A program made the position numbers and the translations under genes. This document shows positions 36,480 to 46,493 of a stretch of 64,000 nucleotides of DNA, one piece after another. Position 1 is the stretch's first letter; every line of letters starts with the position of its first letter. Source of the DNA: a virus; the IMG/VR virus record IMGVR_UViG_3300042261_000762, positions 1-64,000 of that record. One strand, given 5' to 3'. The notes beneath the pieces are model-generated. The model ran no database searches, had not been told where the DNA came from, and saw only the letters and a list, made by a program, of their open reading frames with translations.

Positions 36480-37820
36480 ATGGTAATAAATTTCAAGAAT
36501 TATATATTTGAATCTGTCAATAAACCTAACGCTAGAATTGTAATGTCTTTCAAATGCAACAGAAAATGTAGAGGGTGTTGCAATCAAATAGCTGAATTTG
36601 ATCATATATTGGCTAAAATTGAAGAAATAAAAGATTACGAAAAAGTATTCATTACTGGTGGTGAGCCAATGTTATATCCAGATAGATTAATGGAAGTGAT
36701 TAATATTTTGAGAAATAATGGAAATAAGAAAATTTATTTATATACTGCTTGGCCTTATCCAAAAAAGAAATTTTTAGAAATATTAAAACATCTTGACGGT
36801 GTAAATCTTACATTACACGCAGCTTTAGATAGAATGTTGTTCTATGATAATGGATACGATAAGATGAAATTTCCAGGAAAAAGAATGGTTTTGAAAGTCT
36901 TTGGAGTTAAACATTTAAATATTGAAGGAGACTGGGATGCCAAGACAGCCAAATGGTTAAAGGATTGCCCAATGCCGCCAAGAGAAGATCTCTATGTTTT
37001 GACTGAAAATTGTAATAATAATTTATTAGAGAAAGTGGCAGAATCTCCAATAGTCGATATAAATAAGTATAATACCTCATTAAGTAAAACTATAGATGAA
37101 AAGTTATTTTTTTTAGATAAAATAAATACAGATTTAATTGTAGATTTTGGATGTGCCGATGGTAAAATATTACAAGCTATAAGACAAAGAAAACCAAAAA
37201 TTTCTTTAATAGGTTATGACGTGTCTGATGATATGTTAAATATAGCCAAAACGACATTACCTGGTGCAAACTTCACTAATGATTGGATAAGTGTGAGATC
37301 TGCGGCTTATAATCACGATAATCCTACCTTGTTATTATCAAGTGTTATACATGAAGTATATTCTTATTCTGATTCTAAAGAAGTTAAAAAATTCTGGGAG
37401 GAAAAAGTTTTTGGTGGCATGTTTAAGTATATTGTTATTAGAGATATGATACCATCAGTTGAATTACAAAGACAAGATTTTCTAAACTTCAGAGAAGATG
37501 CTAAAAAAATAAATAAAAGAGCTAATAAAAAATATTTAAATTCCTTTGAAAATGTTTGGGGTCTGATAGATAATGATTATAGAACGTTATTACAATGGCT
37601 ATTAAAGTATAGATATACTGATAATTGGGAGAGAGAACTTAAAGAAAATTATCTACCATTAACTCTAGAAACTCTCTATAAGAAAATCCCTTCCAATTAT
37701 AGAATATTGTTTAAAGATAATTATATTTTTGAACCCCTTCAAAAGCATGTAATGAATGATTTTGGTATAAAATTAAATCATACCACTCATACAAAAATGA
37801 TTATAGAAAGAGTTAGATAA
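36480..37820 (+). CDS. radical SAM domain fused to a class I SAM-dependent methyltransferase
   Basis: CNRKCRGC, TGGEP; second half has VDFGCADG and GYD; CTS-like N-terminus. Confidence 0.8.
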   Translation: MVINFKNYIFESVNKPNARIVMSFKCNRKCRGCCNQIAEFDHILAKIEEIKDYEKVFITGGEPMLYPDRLMEVINILRNNGNKKIYLYTAWPYPKKKFLEILKHLDGVNLTLHAALDRMLFYDNGYDKMKFPGKRMVLKVFGVKHLNIEGDWDAKTAKWLKDCPMPPREDLYVLTENCNNNLLEKVAESPIVDINKYNTSLSKTIDEKLFFLDKINTDLIVDFGCADGKILQAIRQRKPKISLIGYDVSDDMLNIAKTTLPGANFTNDWISVRSAAYNHDNPTLLLSSVIHEVYSYSDSKEVKKFWEEKVFGGMFKYIVIRDMIPSVELQRQDFLNFREDAKKINKRANKKYLNSFENVWGLIDNDYRTLLQWLLKYRYTDNWERELKENYLPLTLETLYKKIPSNYRILFKDNYIFEPLQKHVMNDFGIKLNHTTHTKMIIERVR

Positions 37821-38334
37821 AACTCTTTATACATTCATATATACTCATTCTAACAGGAGCCCTATTATTTCCACCAAAATAAGGATAACCTTTTTTCTGA
37901 ATCTTGTGATCCTTTGTGTTATTTTTCATTTCTATTGTAGAATCACCAACTGATATAATATATTTATTATCTTGTATAACTATTTTTGCGTCATAAGTTA
38001 TATCAGTATTCACATTACAAATGTATTGACTTATATGTGGATCATTTCTTGTCCCATCATATACATAACCATATACTTTTATGTTATTTTGAGTTTTAAA
38101 ATCTGGGACCCAAGCCAATCTAACACTATTTTTATGTATAGCAAAAACCCCAAAAGATATACCACATAATTTATTTAAGTCATAATCATCGCTATTTCTA
38201 GGTGAATCCCACCAACATTCAGGTGAAAATTTAAATTTAATATTAAATTCTGTCTTATTGTAGAACCACCCGAAAAGTCTTTCTATCAAGAAAAAAGCAT
38301 AATGCCAACCTCTTAAAATTGTATATTTTTTCAT
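37813..38334 (-). CDS. hypothetical protein (beta-rich, YPYFGGN)
   Basis: ORF track. Confidence 0.7.
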   Translation of the reverse strand: MKKYTILRGWHYAFFLIERLFGWFYNKTEFNIKFKFSPECWWDSPRNSDDYDLNKLCGISFGVFAIHKNSVRLAWVPDFKTQNNIKVYGYVYDGTRNDPHISQYICNVNTDITYDAKIVIQDNKYIISVGDSTIEMKNNTKDHKIQKKGYPYFGGNNRAPVRMSIYECIKSFI

Positions 38335-38535
38335 AACTTTTTTTATTTTATATATTAAATATTTTTTTCAACAACTTTCGTAATATATTGATGATCAAAT
38401 ATGTTTTTTTGTAAAAGGAAAAACTATGTCCTTTTTTCGTTATATATAATGACAGAATCATAATTTTAGATTTTGTTTATCTATGTAGCAGAATCGGTAA
38501 ATTTAAAAAAAAAACTTTATTAGGGGAGGTAAAAA

Positions 38536-39558
38536 ATGAGAGTGCTTTTTGTCTTGAAAGACAGATTTTACAACAAAACACATTCAAAGTCTTACGGTCT
38601 AATAAATTCATCAAAACAAGTAGCAGATTATTTGGAGACTATTGGATATACTTGTAAAGTTGTCCAGGTCATTGATGCGAATTATATAGATAGAGAGATA
38701 TTTGAGTTCAGACCAGATATAGTTATTATAGAAGCTTTATGGGTATCTGGAGCAAAAATGAAAGAGCTTATAGAAATAAAAAGGTATAAACATATTAAAT
38801 GGATAGTTAGAATTCATAGTAATATCGGATTTTTGAGTGCAGAAACATTAGCCTTAAAATATGTTAATGATTATATTGAACTTCAAAAAGAGAATTTATT
38901 TGTGTCTTGTAATAATCTAGAATTTAATAATAATTTATCTAAAGCAATGAATTATGAATTTGTATATCTACCAAATATTATTGATATTCATTTTCATGAA
39001 CCAGATAAGGAATATACAAATTATATTGATATAGGATGTTTTGGTTCTTTAAGAATTCTTAAAAATCAATGTTATCAAGCTATGTGTGCTATGGAGGCTG
39101 CAGATAGAATGAGAAAAAGACTTAGGTTTCATGTTACTGTAGATGTTGATATAGATCAAAAGAGTGTAGTAAATCCAGTGCTTAAGAATCTAGAAGAATT
39201 ATTTAAGAATAGTCAACACGAATTAGTTAAACACATGTGGTTAGAACAAGCAGAATTTCATCATCTCATTAAAGAAATGCATTTAGGATTACAAGATTCT
39301 TACACAGAAAGTTTTAATATAGTAACTTCAGATTTTGTCAATGAGGGTGTTCCAATAATAGTAAGTCCTTCTATAACATGGATGCCTTGGTTTTTTAAGA
39401 CATCTACTGTACATTTTCATAGAACAGTAAGAAAAATTATTTGGGTATATAGATTGAGAAAAAGTAGAATATTAAGATGGTGGAGTAGAAGAAATCTTTT
39501 AGCATATAACGGTTCCGCTAAAATGAAATGGAGATTTTTCTTACATAAATTCGATTAA
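38536..39558 (+). CDS. putative GT-B glycosyltransferase
   Basis: RPDIVI, RIHS, G.LRILKN, ESFNIV..D....GVPII. Confidence 0.6.
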   Translation: MRVLFVLKDRFYNKTHSKSYGLINSSKQVADYLETIGYTCKVVQVIDANYIDREIFEFRPDIVIIEALWVSGAKMKELIEIKRYKHIKWIVRIHSNIGFLSAETLALKYVNDYIELQKENLFVSCNNLEFNNNLSKAMNYEFVYLPNIIDIHFHEPDKEYTNYIDIGCFGSLRILKNQCYQAMCAMEAADRMRKRLRFHVTVDVDIDQKSVVNPVLKNLEELFKNSQHELVKHMWLEQAEFHHLIKEMHLGLQDSYTESFNIVTSDFVNEGVPIIVSPSITWMPWFFKTSTVHFHRTVRKIIWVYRLRKSRILRWWSRRNLLAYNGSAKMKWRFFLHKFD

Positions 39559-39623
39559 ATAAAAAAATCCCACAAAAATGTGGGATTTTTATTTTATATA
39601 TACAAAAAAATAACCATTCATCC

Positions 39624-39710
39624 ATGAATAATGTTCTAAAATTTAGTGACTATATAAAAGAGAACGCCGATAGGGCAAGAGATAAAGGAACGGACTCAAG
39701 ATTCTGGTAA
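39624..39710 (+). CDS. 28-aa micro-protein MNNVLKFSDYIKENADRARDKGTDSRFW
   Basis: Own TATATA element; CTS-like N-terminus LKFSDYIKE. Confidence 0.5.
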   Translation: MNNVLKFSDYIKENADRARDKGTDSRFW

Positions 39711-39761
39711 AAAATGGGGAAAAAATATTAATATATAAAAGAAAAAATAATACTAAAGAAT

Positions 39762-40235
39762 ATGGGAAAATTAGAAAATTTGTTAGGTTTCGATGATTTT
39801 GAAAAAAGTTGGAAACCAAGAGAGCAAAAGTCCACCAAAAGAACAGATGTTGGTTTAGATATATTAAACGAAAACTTATATATGAAAGTTATGGATCAAG
39901 ATGCTGCTGGATGGAAGGAGAATGTTACTAAGTTCATTCAAAGCATAATGAAAGCCGTAAACGAAAATCAGATTAAGGATATTAAGGTAACTGATTCAAC
40001 TGCTTCTTTTACAATTCGTGGACGTAAACATAGAATAAACAAGGACGCTGGTTCTATTACTCTATGGAGAATGAAAGCTACTGCTTTTAGACCAACCTAT
40101 CACGATGAAGCTGGTCGTCTAAAACATGAGAAGAAACGTAAGAAAACACGTGAAGAGATTGAAGTAACAATTCCTATCAACAAAAATGAAGGAACTGCTA
40201 TTTATAATGCTCTTAAAGAAAGAGCTGAGGATTAA
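39762..40235 (+). CDS. hypothetical protein
   Basis: ORF track; terminator at about 40282-40312. Confidence 0.75.
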   Translation: MGKLENLLGFDDFEKSWKPREQKSTKRTDVGLDILNENLYMKVMDQDAAGWKENVTKFIQSIMKAVNENQIKDIKVTDSTASFTIRGRKHRINKDAGSITLWRMKATAFRPTYHDEAGRLKHEKKRKKTREEIEVTIPINKNEGTAIYNALKERAED

Positions 40236-40345
40236 TATCATTAATGGTGGTGTCCCTCTAATGCGTCCCTTTCTTATTATTACCGAACTACGTTAATAGT
40301 TCGGTTTTTTTTTAAACTTACCTTTCATTAATTTGTATATAATAC

Positions 40346-40546
40346 ATGATAGATATAATTGAAAAAGAACAAACAACAATCAATCAATTTGGATGCGAAA
40401 TCAGTATTGATTGTAAATACGTTTCATCTGTGGAAGATGAAAGACGTAATAGAATAGCATATGTCTATGAAATAGATAAAAAGACTCTATATGTCTTGAA
40501 TAAGAATTTCAAAACTCTAAAAATAGAATACGTCCCGAATGAGTAA
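40346..40546 (+). CDS. small hypothetical protein
   Basis: ORF track. Confidence 0.6.
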   Translation: MIDIIEKEQTTINQFGCEISIDCKYVSSVEDERRNRIAYVYEIDKKTLYVLNKNFKTLKIEYVPNE

Positions 40547-41894
40547 TAATCATCCAAAAATAACTAATTCTATTGATGTGATGATTTCTGATGCCATGCT
40601 TGGTCTTCAGTATTATGGCGAATTTTGCCAGTATATAAATTTTAAAAATTATCACGCTATTGGAACTTGTGGAGTTAGAGTAGATTTAGCTGGTATGCGT
40701 TATTTCTATAACGAAGAATTTGTTGATGAAATGACACAAGGAGAAATGAATTTCATCATGTTACATGAAGTTCTTCACCTTTTATGGGATCATCAAGCAA
40801 GAACAAGAAGATGTGGTTATGATCATGAGCTTAGCAATATAGTTCAAGATATGATTATCAATGATGTTATTAAAACTGATATTATTGATAAGATGGAGTA
40901 TAGTAATAAAATAAATAAAAGAAATTGTCATTTTGCTGATATTCCAAGAAAAGAAGTAATGGTAAAACATGCCGATGGTAGTAAGACCGTTGGTAGAGAA
41001 GTTTGGGTTTTAGAAAAACCAGCAGAATATAAAGGGAAATTGTCATACGAAGAAATGTATGAATGGATATACGGCGAGAAACAAAAATATGATGAATGGA
41101 AAGATCATTGTGAGTGCGATAAAAGCTTGCCATGTAAATGTAATAGAAAAGACGGCGGAACAAAAGAAGGCAATCAGAAATGTAAATGTCAAGAATGTCC
41201 TGTAAGTAATTATTTGCGTGGCATTTTTGAGAAAATGGATATGGGTTTATTAGAATGGTTAGATAAACATTTACCTAGTGATATTCCAGAAGATTATAGA
41301 AAAAGCATAATAGAGAATGTAAAAAATAATCTTAGAGCAAGAGGATTAGAATCTGCTGATATTCTTGCAACTTTAGATAAGATAACAAAATCTAAAAAAG
41401 ATTATATTAAAAATATAAAAATAGGTATAAATGAACTTTTTGGGAATTATAAAAATAAATCAATAACTAAAAGAAATAGAAGATCTATAGAAGGAGTAAA
41501 AGGTAAAAGAAAAGAATCTTACGCTCTTAATGTTCTGCTGGATGTTTCTGGAAGTATGGAAGGATATTTTGAAAAAGCGTTATCTTATATTTTTCAAAAT
41601 GGTATAAAAATAAATCTTATACAATGTGATACTGTGGTAAAAGATTACATGGTTATAAAAGATAAAGCCCATTTTAGAAAAATAAAAATAAATGGATTGG
41701 GCGGGACAATTCTTCAACCAGGTATAGATTTCATATCATCAAACAAAGATTTGAGCGATTTGAATACTTTAATATTAACAGATGGAATGACTGATGAACT
41801 TGATGTAACAAAACTCAAAAAGACTATGATTATAAGTCATAATCAGAAATGTAAAGTAATAGGCGAGGCAAGACAAATTGTAATAAAAGAATGA
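40539..41894 (+). CDS. HExxH metallopeptidase-like domain plus VWA domain protein
   Basis: HEVLH; MIDAS DVSGS, GGT, LTDG. Confidence 0.85.
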   Translation: MSNNHPKITNSIDVMISDAMLGLQYYGEFCQYINFKNYHAIGTCGVRVDLAGMRYFYNEEFVDEMTQGEMNFIMLHEVLHLLWDHQARTRRCGYDHELSNIVQDMIINDVIKTDIIDKMEYSNKINKRNCHFADIPRKEVMVKHADGSKTVGREVWVLEKPAEYKGKLSYEEMYEWIYGEKQKYDEWKDHCECDKSLPCKCNRKDGGTKEGNQKCKCQECPVSNYLRGIFEKMDMGLLEWLDKHLPSDIPEDYRKSIIENVKNNLRARGLESADILATLDKITKSKKDYIKNIKIGINELFGNYKNKSITKRNRRSIEGVKGKRKESYALNVLLDVSGSMEGYFEKALSYIFQNGIKINLIQCDTVVKDYMVIKDKAHFRKIKINGLGGTILQPGIDFISSNKDLSDLNTLILTDGMTDELDVTKLKKTMIISHNQKCKVIGEARQIVIKE

Positions 41895-42334
41895 ATTGGA
41901 CTTATAAGGAAATAAATTATTTTGATTTTTTGTTGGAATTTCCAGAAGTAGTAGATACTTTTTATTTACCAGCTGGTATAGATCCTTTATTCTACATAGA
42001 ATATGTAAAAGAAATTCATAAAACTAATCCAACTAAAAAACCTTTGATAATATTAGATAATGTGAAGTTATCAGAAGTTGTACATAGATGCATTAAAACA
42101 AATGAAGAAAAATTCGATATATTTAGAGGATATTTAAGTGTAAAAGTGAACAATGATGAAATTTTTCATGTAAAACCAACAAAAAATCTTTTAAGTTACG
42201 AAAGAAATAATTTGAAAGAATTAGAAGGAGAATTTACTATAATATCATCATTTCCACCGGGTTATTATAATTTTGATGAAGTGGAAATGAAAAACTTAAA
42301 AAGAGACCTTTTAATAGGTAAAATGTTTAGATGA
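41891..42334 (+). CDS. hypothetical protein with C-terminal KRDLLIGKMF
   Basis: ORF track. Confidence 0.7.
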   Translation: MNWTYKEINYFDFLLEFPEVVDTFYLPAGIDPLFYIEYVKEIHKTNPTKKPLIILDNVKLSEVVHRCIKTNEEKFDIFRGYLSVKVNNDEIFHVKPTKNLLSYERNNLKELEGEFTIISSFPPGYYNFDEVEMKNLKRDLLIGKMFR

Positions 42335-42588
42335 AAACAATTAATATAAATGGTGACATATTTCATTTACAAAATGACGAACTTCATAGAGAAGATGGTC
42401 CAGCTATAGAATTTGCTAGTGGTATTCAATGGTGGATGCAAAGAGGTAAATTACATAGAGAGAATGGACCTGCGATAGTCGATAAAAGAGAATTTATTGA
42501 ATATTGGCTAAATGGAGAATCAGCCACAGAAGAAGAAATAATCAACATTAAAAGAAATAAATGGATAGATAAAAGTTATGAAAATTGA
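42331..42588 (+). CDS. LHRxDGPA-repeat phage protein
   Basis: LHREDGPA and LHRENGPA; ends KRNKWIDK. Confidence 0.75.
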   Translation: MKTININGDIFHLQNDELHREDGPAIEFASGIQWWMQRGKLHRENGPAIVDKREFIEYWLNGESATEEEIINIKRNKWIDKSYEN

Positions 42589-43807
42589 CGAGAAAAGATA
42601 CACTCTATTATCAGATAGAGAAAGATTTTATTTTGATGTATTAGCATCAGGAAATTCCCTCTATTTAAGAGGAAGACCAGGAACAGCAAAATCTGCAATT
42701 GGACTATCAATGTCCAGAAAACTCAAGATCAGATATGTGGATAGAAGATTGAGTCAGATCGATGAGACAGATATTGGATTATACCCAGTATTAGATGATG
42801 GATTTAAGAATTTAGAAAAACTTGGAAAATTAATGGAATTTGGTTATCTAACAAATGAAGAGTTTAATGAAATGAAAAAACCAATCCTCGATAACATCAT
42901 CAACGGGCAAGTTGATATTCTTCATTTTGCTGTTCCAGATTGGGCATTTTCAGCCAACGTTGAACCAACTATCGTTCATTTGGAAGAATTGAATAGGGCT
43001 AATCTTCATGTAAGAAACGCTGCTCTTCAATTATTAAATGAAAGACAAATAGGCGATTTGAAACTAAATGATAATGTATATATCATGTCTTCTGGAAATC
43101 TTGGTGAAGAAGATGGCACTGAAGTTGATGAAATGGATTTGGCTTTAAGTAATCGTTTAGTCATAGTAGATCATGATTTGCCTTATGAAGAATGGATTAA
43201 TGAATTTGCTCAATATCATGTGTGGCAAATAATTATAGATTATATAAGAGCAAATCCCGGTGAATACTATAAATTACCAAATGAAAAAGAATTAAGATAT
43301 GCCACACCTAGAAGTTGGACAAATTTATCAAAATTCATAACCCATAAATGGGGAAGAGAACCAGACTTAAAGGAAAATGTTATTCCTTTCTTATTACATA
43401 GCGGGAAATGTTTTCTGGGGTCGAGTATAACAAATTTCACAAGATATTGTCAAGATATTTCTAATATTAATATCAATGATATTTTAATACGTTGGGAAGA
43501 AGTTAGAGCTGAAGTGGCTGGATTTAATAGATCAAGAATGTCGGAATTAATATCTAATTTGAGATACATGGATCTTAGGACACTAGACGAACTTCAATTT
43601 AGAAATTTATTAAATTTCCTATCCTCATTAAAAGACGATGATGAATTGACAAGTTACATAATTCATATACTTGACAGCACAAACGAATCCAATTATGATG
43701 TGAATAGTAGAATCATAAAACATTTTGATAAGAAAGTAAGAGAGTTAAGAAGTTATACAAGTCAAAATTTAAAGAAAGCTGAAACGACTGCTACTCCTCA
43801 GGTATAA
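42578..43807 (+). CDS. MoxR-type AAA+ ATPase
   Basis: Walker A GRPGTAKS, Walker B HLEELNRA, ALSNR, TPRSW. Confidence 0.88.
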   Translation: MKIDEKRYTLLSDRERFYFDVLASGNSLYLRGRPGTAKSAIGLSMSRKLKIRYVDRRLSQIDETDIGLYPVLDDGFKNLEKLGKLMEFGYLTNEEFNEMKKPILDNIINGQVDILHFAVPDWAFSANVEPTIVHLEELNRANLHVRNAALQLLNERQIGDLKLNDNVYIMSSGNLGEEDGTEVDEMDLALSNRLVIVDHDLPYEEWINEFAQYHVWQIIIDYIRANPGEYYKLPNEKELRYATPRSWTNLSKFITHKWGREPDLKENVIPFLLHSGKCFLGSSITNFTRYCQDISNININDILIRWEEVRAEVAGFNRSRMSELISNLRYMDLRTLDELQFRNLLNFLSSLKDDDELTSYIIHILDSTNESNYDVNSRIIKHFDKKVRELRSYTSQNLKKAETTATPQV

Positions 43808-43823
43808 AAAATAATTATTATAT

Positions 43824-44036
43824 ATGACAGTAAACTATGAAGATAATATATTATATGTTGATTATGTTAATATGAAACACAGAATGATTCTCTATAACAA
43901 TAGATCTAAAAGAATAAGATTGATCTTAGGACAAATTATAGATGAACAAAATTTTGATATAACTGTAGATACTATAAAACATTTACCGGAAGATATTAAC
44001 CTTAAAGTTAAAGAATATATCAGAACTATATTTTAA
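43824..44036 (+). CDS. small hypothetical protein
   Basis: ORF track. Confidence 0.6.
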   Translation: MTVNYEDNILYVDYVNMKHRMILYNNRSKRIRLILGQIIDEQNFDITVDTIKHLPEDINLKVKEYIRTIF

Positions 44037-44047
44037 TATATAGATTC

Positions 44048-45082
44048 ATGATTAAATTATTTGATAATTTCATTAATGAACAATACGAATTAGATCCTTA
44101 CGGTGAAGAAAATTTGGATGATAATGTTAAAGTTAGAATTGCCAAATGTAAAAAAGATTTCAAAATAGGGCGTGATAAGGTAGTGCTGTTTCATAAAGGG
44201 GATGAATATGAAATAGTAGATGATCACGATTGGGACGGATTTATGATTCTCAAAACTCAAATACATGGAACTCCACATAATCACGCAATACCATTAAATA
44301 ACATGTATAAAGATTCTTTTTGGAAACATTTTATTATTAAAGAAAATATTAAATCTGATGTAGATCCTTATGGTGAAGAAAATTGGAATGATTTGGAGCC
44401 AGTTGATGATGTAGTTCTAAGATTTCGAAATTATTATAAATGTGTTGAATGTGGCAATGAATGGGAAGATGAATGGGATTCTACTTGCGATGATGAATGT
44501 CCAAATTGTGGCACTATAATGACGCCATATGAAAGCGAAGATATAAATGAATCTTTTACAGAGGATGATCCTTATGGTGAAGAAATATGGAATGACATTA
44601 AACCGGATCCAATAAATAGAGATACTGAAATAGAAATTGGTGATAAGATATATTATCATTACGATAGAAATAATATCGAACCAGCATTCATGGGTGAAGT
44701 TGAAAGAATAATTAATCACCCTAAGTTTGGATTTGTTGATTATTTAATATCTGGAAAATATTCTCGAGAAATCAGTAAAATGAATTTGATTGGATGTGGG
44801 GCTAGAATAATAAAAAGGACAAATGAGACAATAAATATTGATCCTTATAATGAAGAAAATTGGAAAGATGAAGAGGAATTTAATATTGGTGATGAATTAA
44901 TTTGTAAAGAAGATATAATGACATCTACTGGCAAATATTGGCTGTTTCATCAAGGAAAAACGTATAGTATAATTAGAGTTACACATGATTGGATATTCGT
45001 TCTCACGAAATCTTTAGGACACGAAGTTAATATTCCTTTCACAAGAAAGGGCATTTGGAAAAGTTTCGATAAAAAAAATTAA
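44048..45082 (+). CDS. modular protein: four small domains each opened by a DPYxEE motif
   Basis: CTS-like start; includes a CxxC...CPxC zinc ribbon and two related SH3-like modules. Confidence 0.8.
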   Translation: MIKLFDNFINEQYELDPYGEENLDDNVKVRIAKCKKDFKIGRDKVVLFHKGDEYEIVDDHDWDGFMILKTQIHGTPHNHAIPLNNMYKDSFWKHFIIKENIKSDVDPYGEENWNDLEPVDDVVLRFRNYYKCVECGNEWEDEWDSTCDDECPNCGTIMTPYESEDINESFTEDDPYGEEIWNDIKPDPINRDTEIEIGDKIYYHYDRNNIEPAFMGEVERIINHPKFGFVDYLISGKYSREISKMNLIGCGARIIKRTNETINIDPYNEENWKDEEEFNIGDELICKEDIMTSTGKYWLFHQGKTYSIIRVTHDWIFVLTKSLGHEVNIPFTRKGIWKSFDKKN

Positions 45083-45121
45083 AAAGTTTTTTATTTCACA
45101 GATATTTCATATCTTTGTAGT

Positions 45122-45355
45122 ATGAAAATTAAGTACTACGGATACGATTGTATTTTTCTTCCAACTGGACATATAGGGAAGATTATGAATGAATTGGATT
45201 CATTCAAATCTTTATGCTGGGACCCGAATAAGAAAGAATCTTATTACAAAGAATATCCTCCTCAATGGGGTATTTATTGGTATGGTGGAGATCAAATACG
45301 ACAAAAAGGAATGCCAAATTATTGGCAAGATAAAGATTTAATTCAGATATTATGA
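45122..45355 (+). CDS. hypothetical protein
   Basis: ORF track; TATCTTTG 4 nt before the ATG. Confidence 0.65.
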   Translation: MKIKYYGYDCIFLPTGHIGKIMNELDSFKSLCWDPNKKESYYKEYPPQWGIYWYGGDQIRQKGMPNYWQDKDLIQIL

Positions 45356-45671
45356 AATCAAATGCTCAGAGATTAGGTGTGTTTTTATCAATTTTAACAA
45401 TAATTGTATGTGGAATTATTGGTGGAATGTTATGGTGCAAGATTTTTAGATTTTTGTAAAGGACACCCATATTGGATTTCTTCATGGATTTTGATTCTTC
45501 TTATTTTTGTAAATCCAGAAACATCTTATGATTTTTATAAAAAAATCAGTTATTTTTTTAGAATAATTTTTTAATTAAGCAAACTTTTTGTAATTTTGTA
45601 GTACAAATTAAGAAATGGAAAAAATTGACATTTTTTGGTTAATATATAACAAAGTATAAAAATTAAATATT

Positions 45672-45752
45672 ATGAACTTTCGAATAGAGAATATGATACA
45701 AGAACAGATGCAACAGATGGATAATCTGATTGGATGGACTATATCGTATTGA
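45672..45752 (+). CDS. attenuator leader peptide 4 MNFRIENMIQEQMQQMDNLIGWTISY
   Basis: 11 of codons 5-16 are I(ATA)/E/M/Q; antiterminator TCTGATTGG at 45725-45733. Confidence 0.87.
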   Translation: MNFRIENMIQEQMQQMDNLIGWTISY

Positions 45753-45774
45753 CAAAGTTCTAGATGATATAAAC

Positions 45775-45813
45775 AAAACCCAATCAGAAAACTGATTGGG
45801 TTTTTTGTTTTTT
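45775..45813 (+). terminator. attenuator terminator of array 4
   Basis: AAAACCCAATCAG-aaaa-CTGATTGGGTTTT plus U tract. Confidence 0.9.
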
Positions 45814-45820
45814 GACATAT

Positions 45821-45891
45821 GCTCCTATCGTCTAAAGGAAGGATTCGACTTTTTCACAGTCGGGATGCGGTCTCGGGATCCGCTGGGAGTA
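45821..45891 (+). tRNA. tRNA-Glu(TTC), atypical T loop
   Basis: CGACT-ttTTCac-AGTCG. Confidence 0.75.
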
Positions 45892-45930
45892 CAAAAGATT
45901 AAGTTCTTTGACATATTGGGAATAAATTAT

Positions 45931-46055
45931 AGGGAGGTAGTGTAATGGCTAGCACGACGTAATTCAACAAAAGTATTTTGACAAAAATATTTACAGCAAA
46001 TCAAAAGAAGAGGCATCATAAGCCGTATGTGGATGTTCGAATCATCCCCTCCCAA
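45931..46055 (+). tRNA. tRNA-Met(CAT)-like gene interrupted by an insert of about 50 nt carrying the TTACAGCAA motif
   Basis: Acceptor GGGAGG/CCTCCC, D arm, insert, GGC-atCATaa-GCC, T arm GGATG-ttcgaat-CATCC. Confidence 0.6.
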
Positions 46056-46136
46056 CAAATTGAGAAATGGACTCATCATTCCGAATTTAAACGGTCACAA
46101 AAAATTCCATTGACAGTCTGGAAAGACAGACGACAT

Positions 46137-46218
46137 AGCAACGTGCCGGAGTGGTCTATCGGGGATGTCTCATAAGCATCTGGCTTTGCCTTCGTGGGTT
46201 CAAACCCCACCGTTGCTA
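46137..46218 (+). tRNA. tRNA-Met/Ile2(CAT) with an extra variable arm
   Basis: GATGT-ctCATaa-GCATC, GGC-ttt-GCC arm. Confidence 0.85.
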
Positions 46219-46223
46219 CACAT

Positions 46224-46306
46224 CGCGGGGTCGAGTAGATGGCCCAGCTATCTGGTCTCCAGGTCTCCCCAAAAGGGAGTCGTAGGTTCGAATCCTACCC
46301 CCGCTA
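46224..46306 (+). tRNA. initiator-type tRNA body with a remodelled D/anticodon region (pseudo-tRNA)
   Basis: CGCGGGG/CCCCGCT acceptor and T arm intact; no CAT loop. Confidence 0.5.
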
Positions 46307-46320
46307 CTAAAAACAAACAT

Positions 46321-46396
46321 GGCCTCCTAGTGTAATGGTTGAGCATTTCTCCCTTTGAAGGAGCGGGTATTGGTTCGAATCCAGTGGGGGCTGCCA
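46321..46396 (+). tRNA. tRNA-Gln(TTG), encoded CCA
   Basis: CTCC-ctTTGaa-GGAG. Confidence 0.88.
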
Positions 46397-46399
46397 AAT

Positions 46400-46470
46400 T
46401 GTTCTTTGGTGTAACGGGAGCATAAGTGACTCTGAATCACTCAGTCCTGGTTCGAATCCAGGAAGAACAA
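46400..46470 (+). tRNA. tRNA-Gln(CTG)
   Basis: AGTGA-ctCTGaa-TCACT. Confidence 0.9.
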
Positions 46471-46493
46471 CAACAAAAATAGGAGATAAAAAT

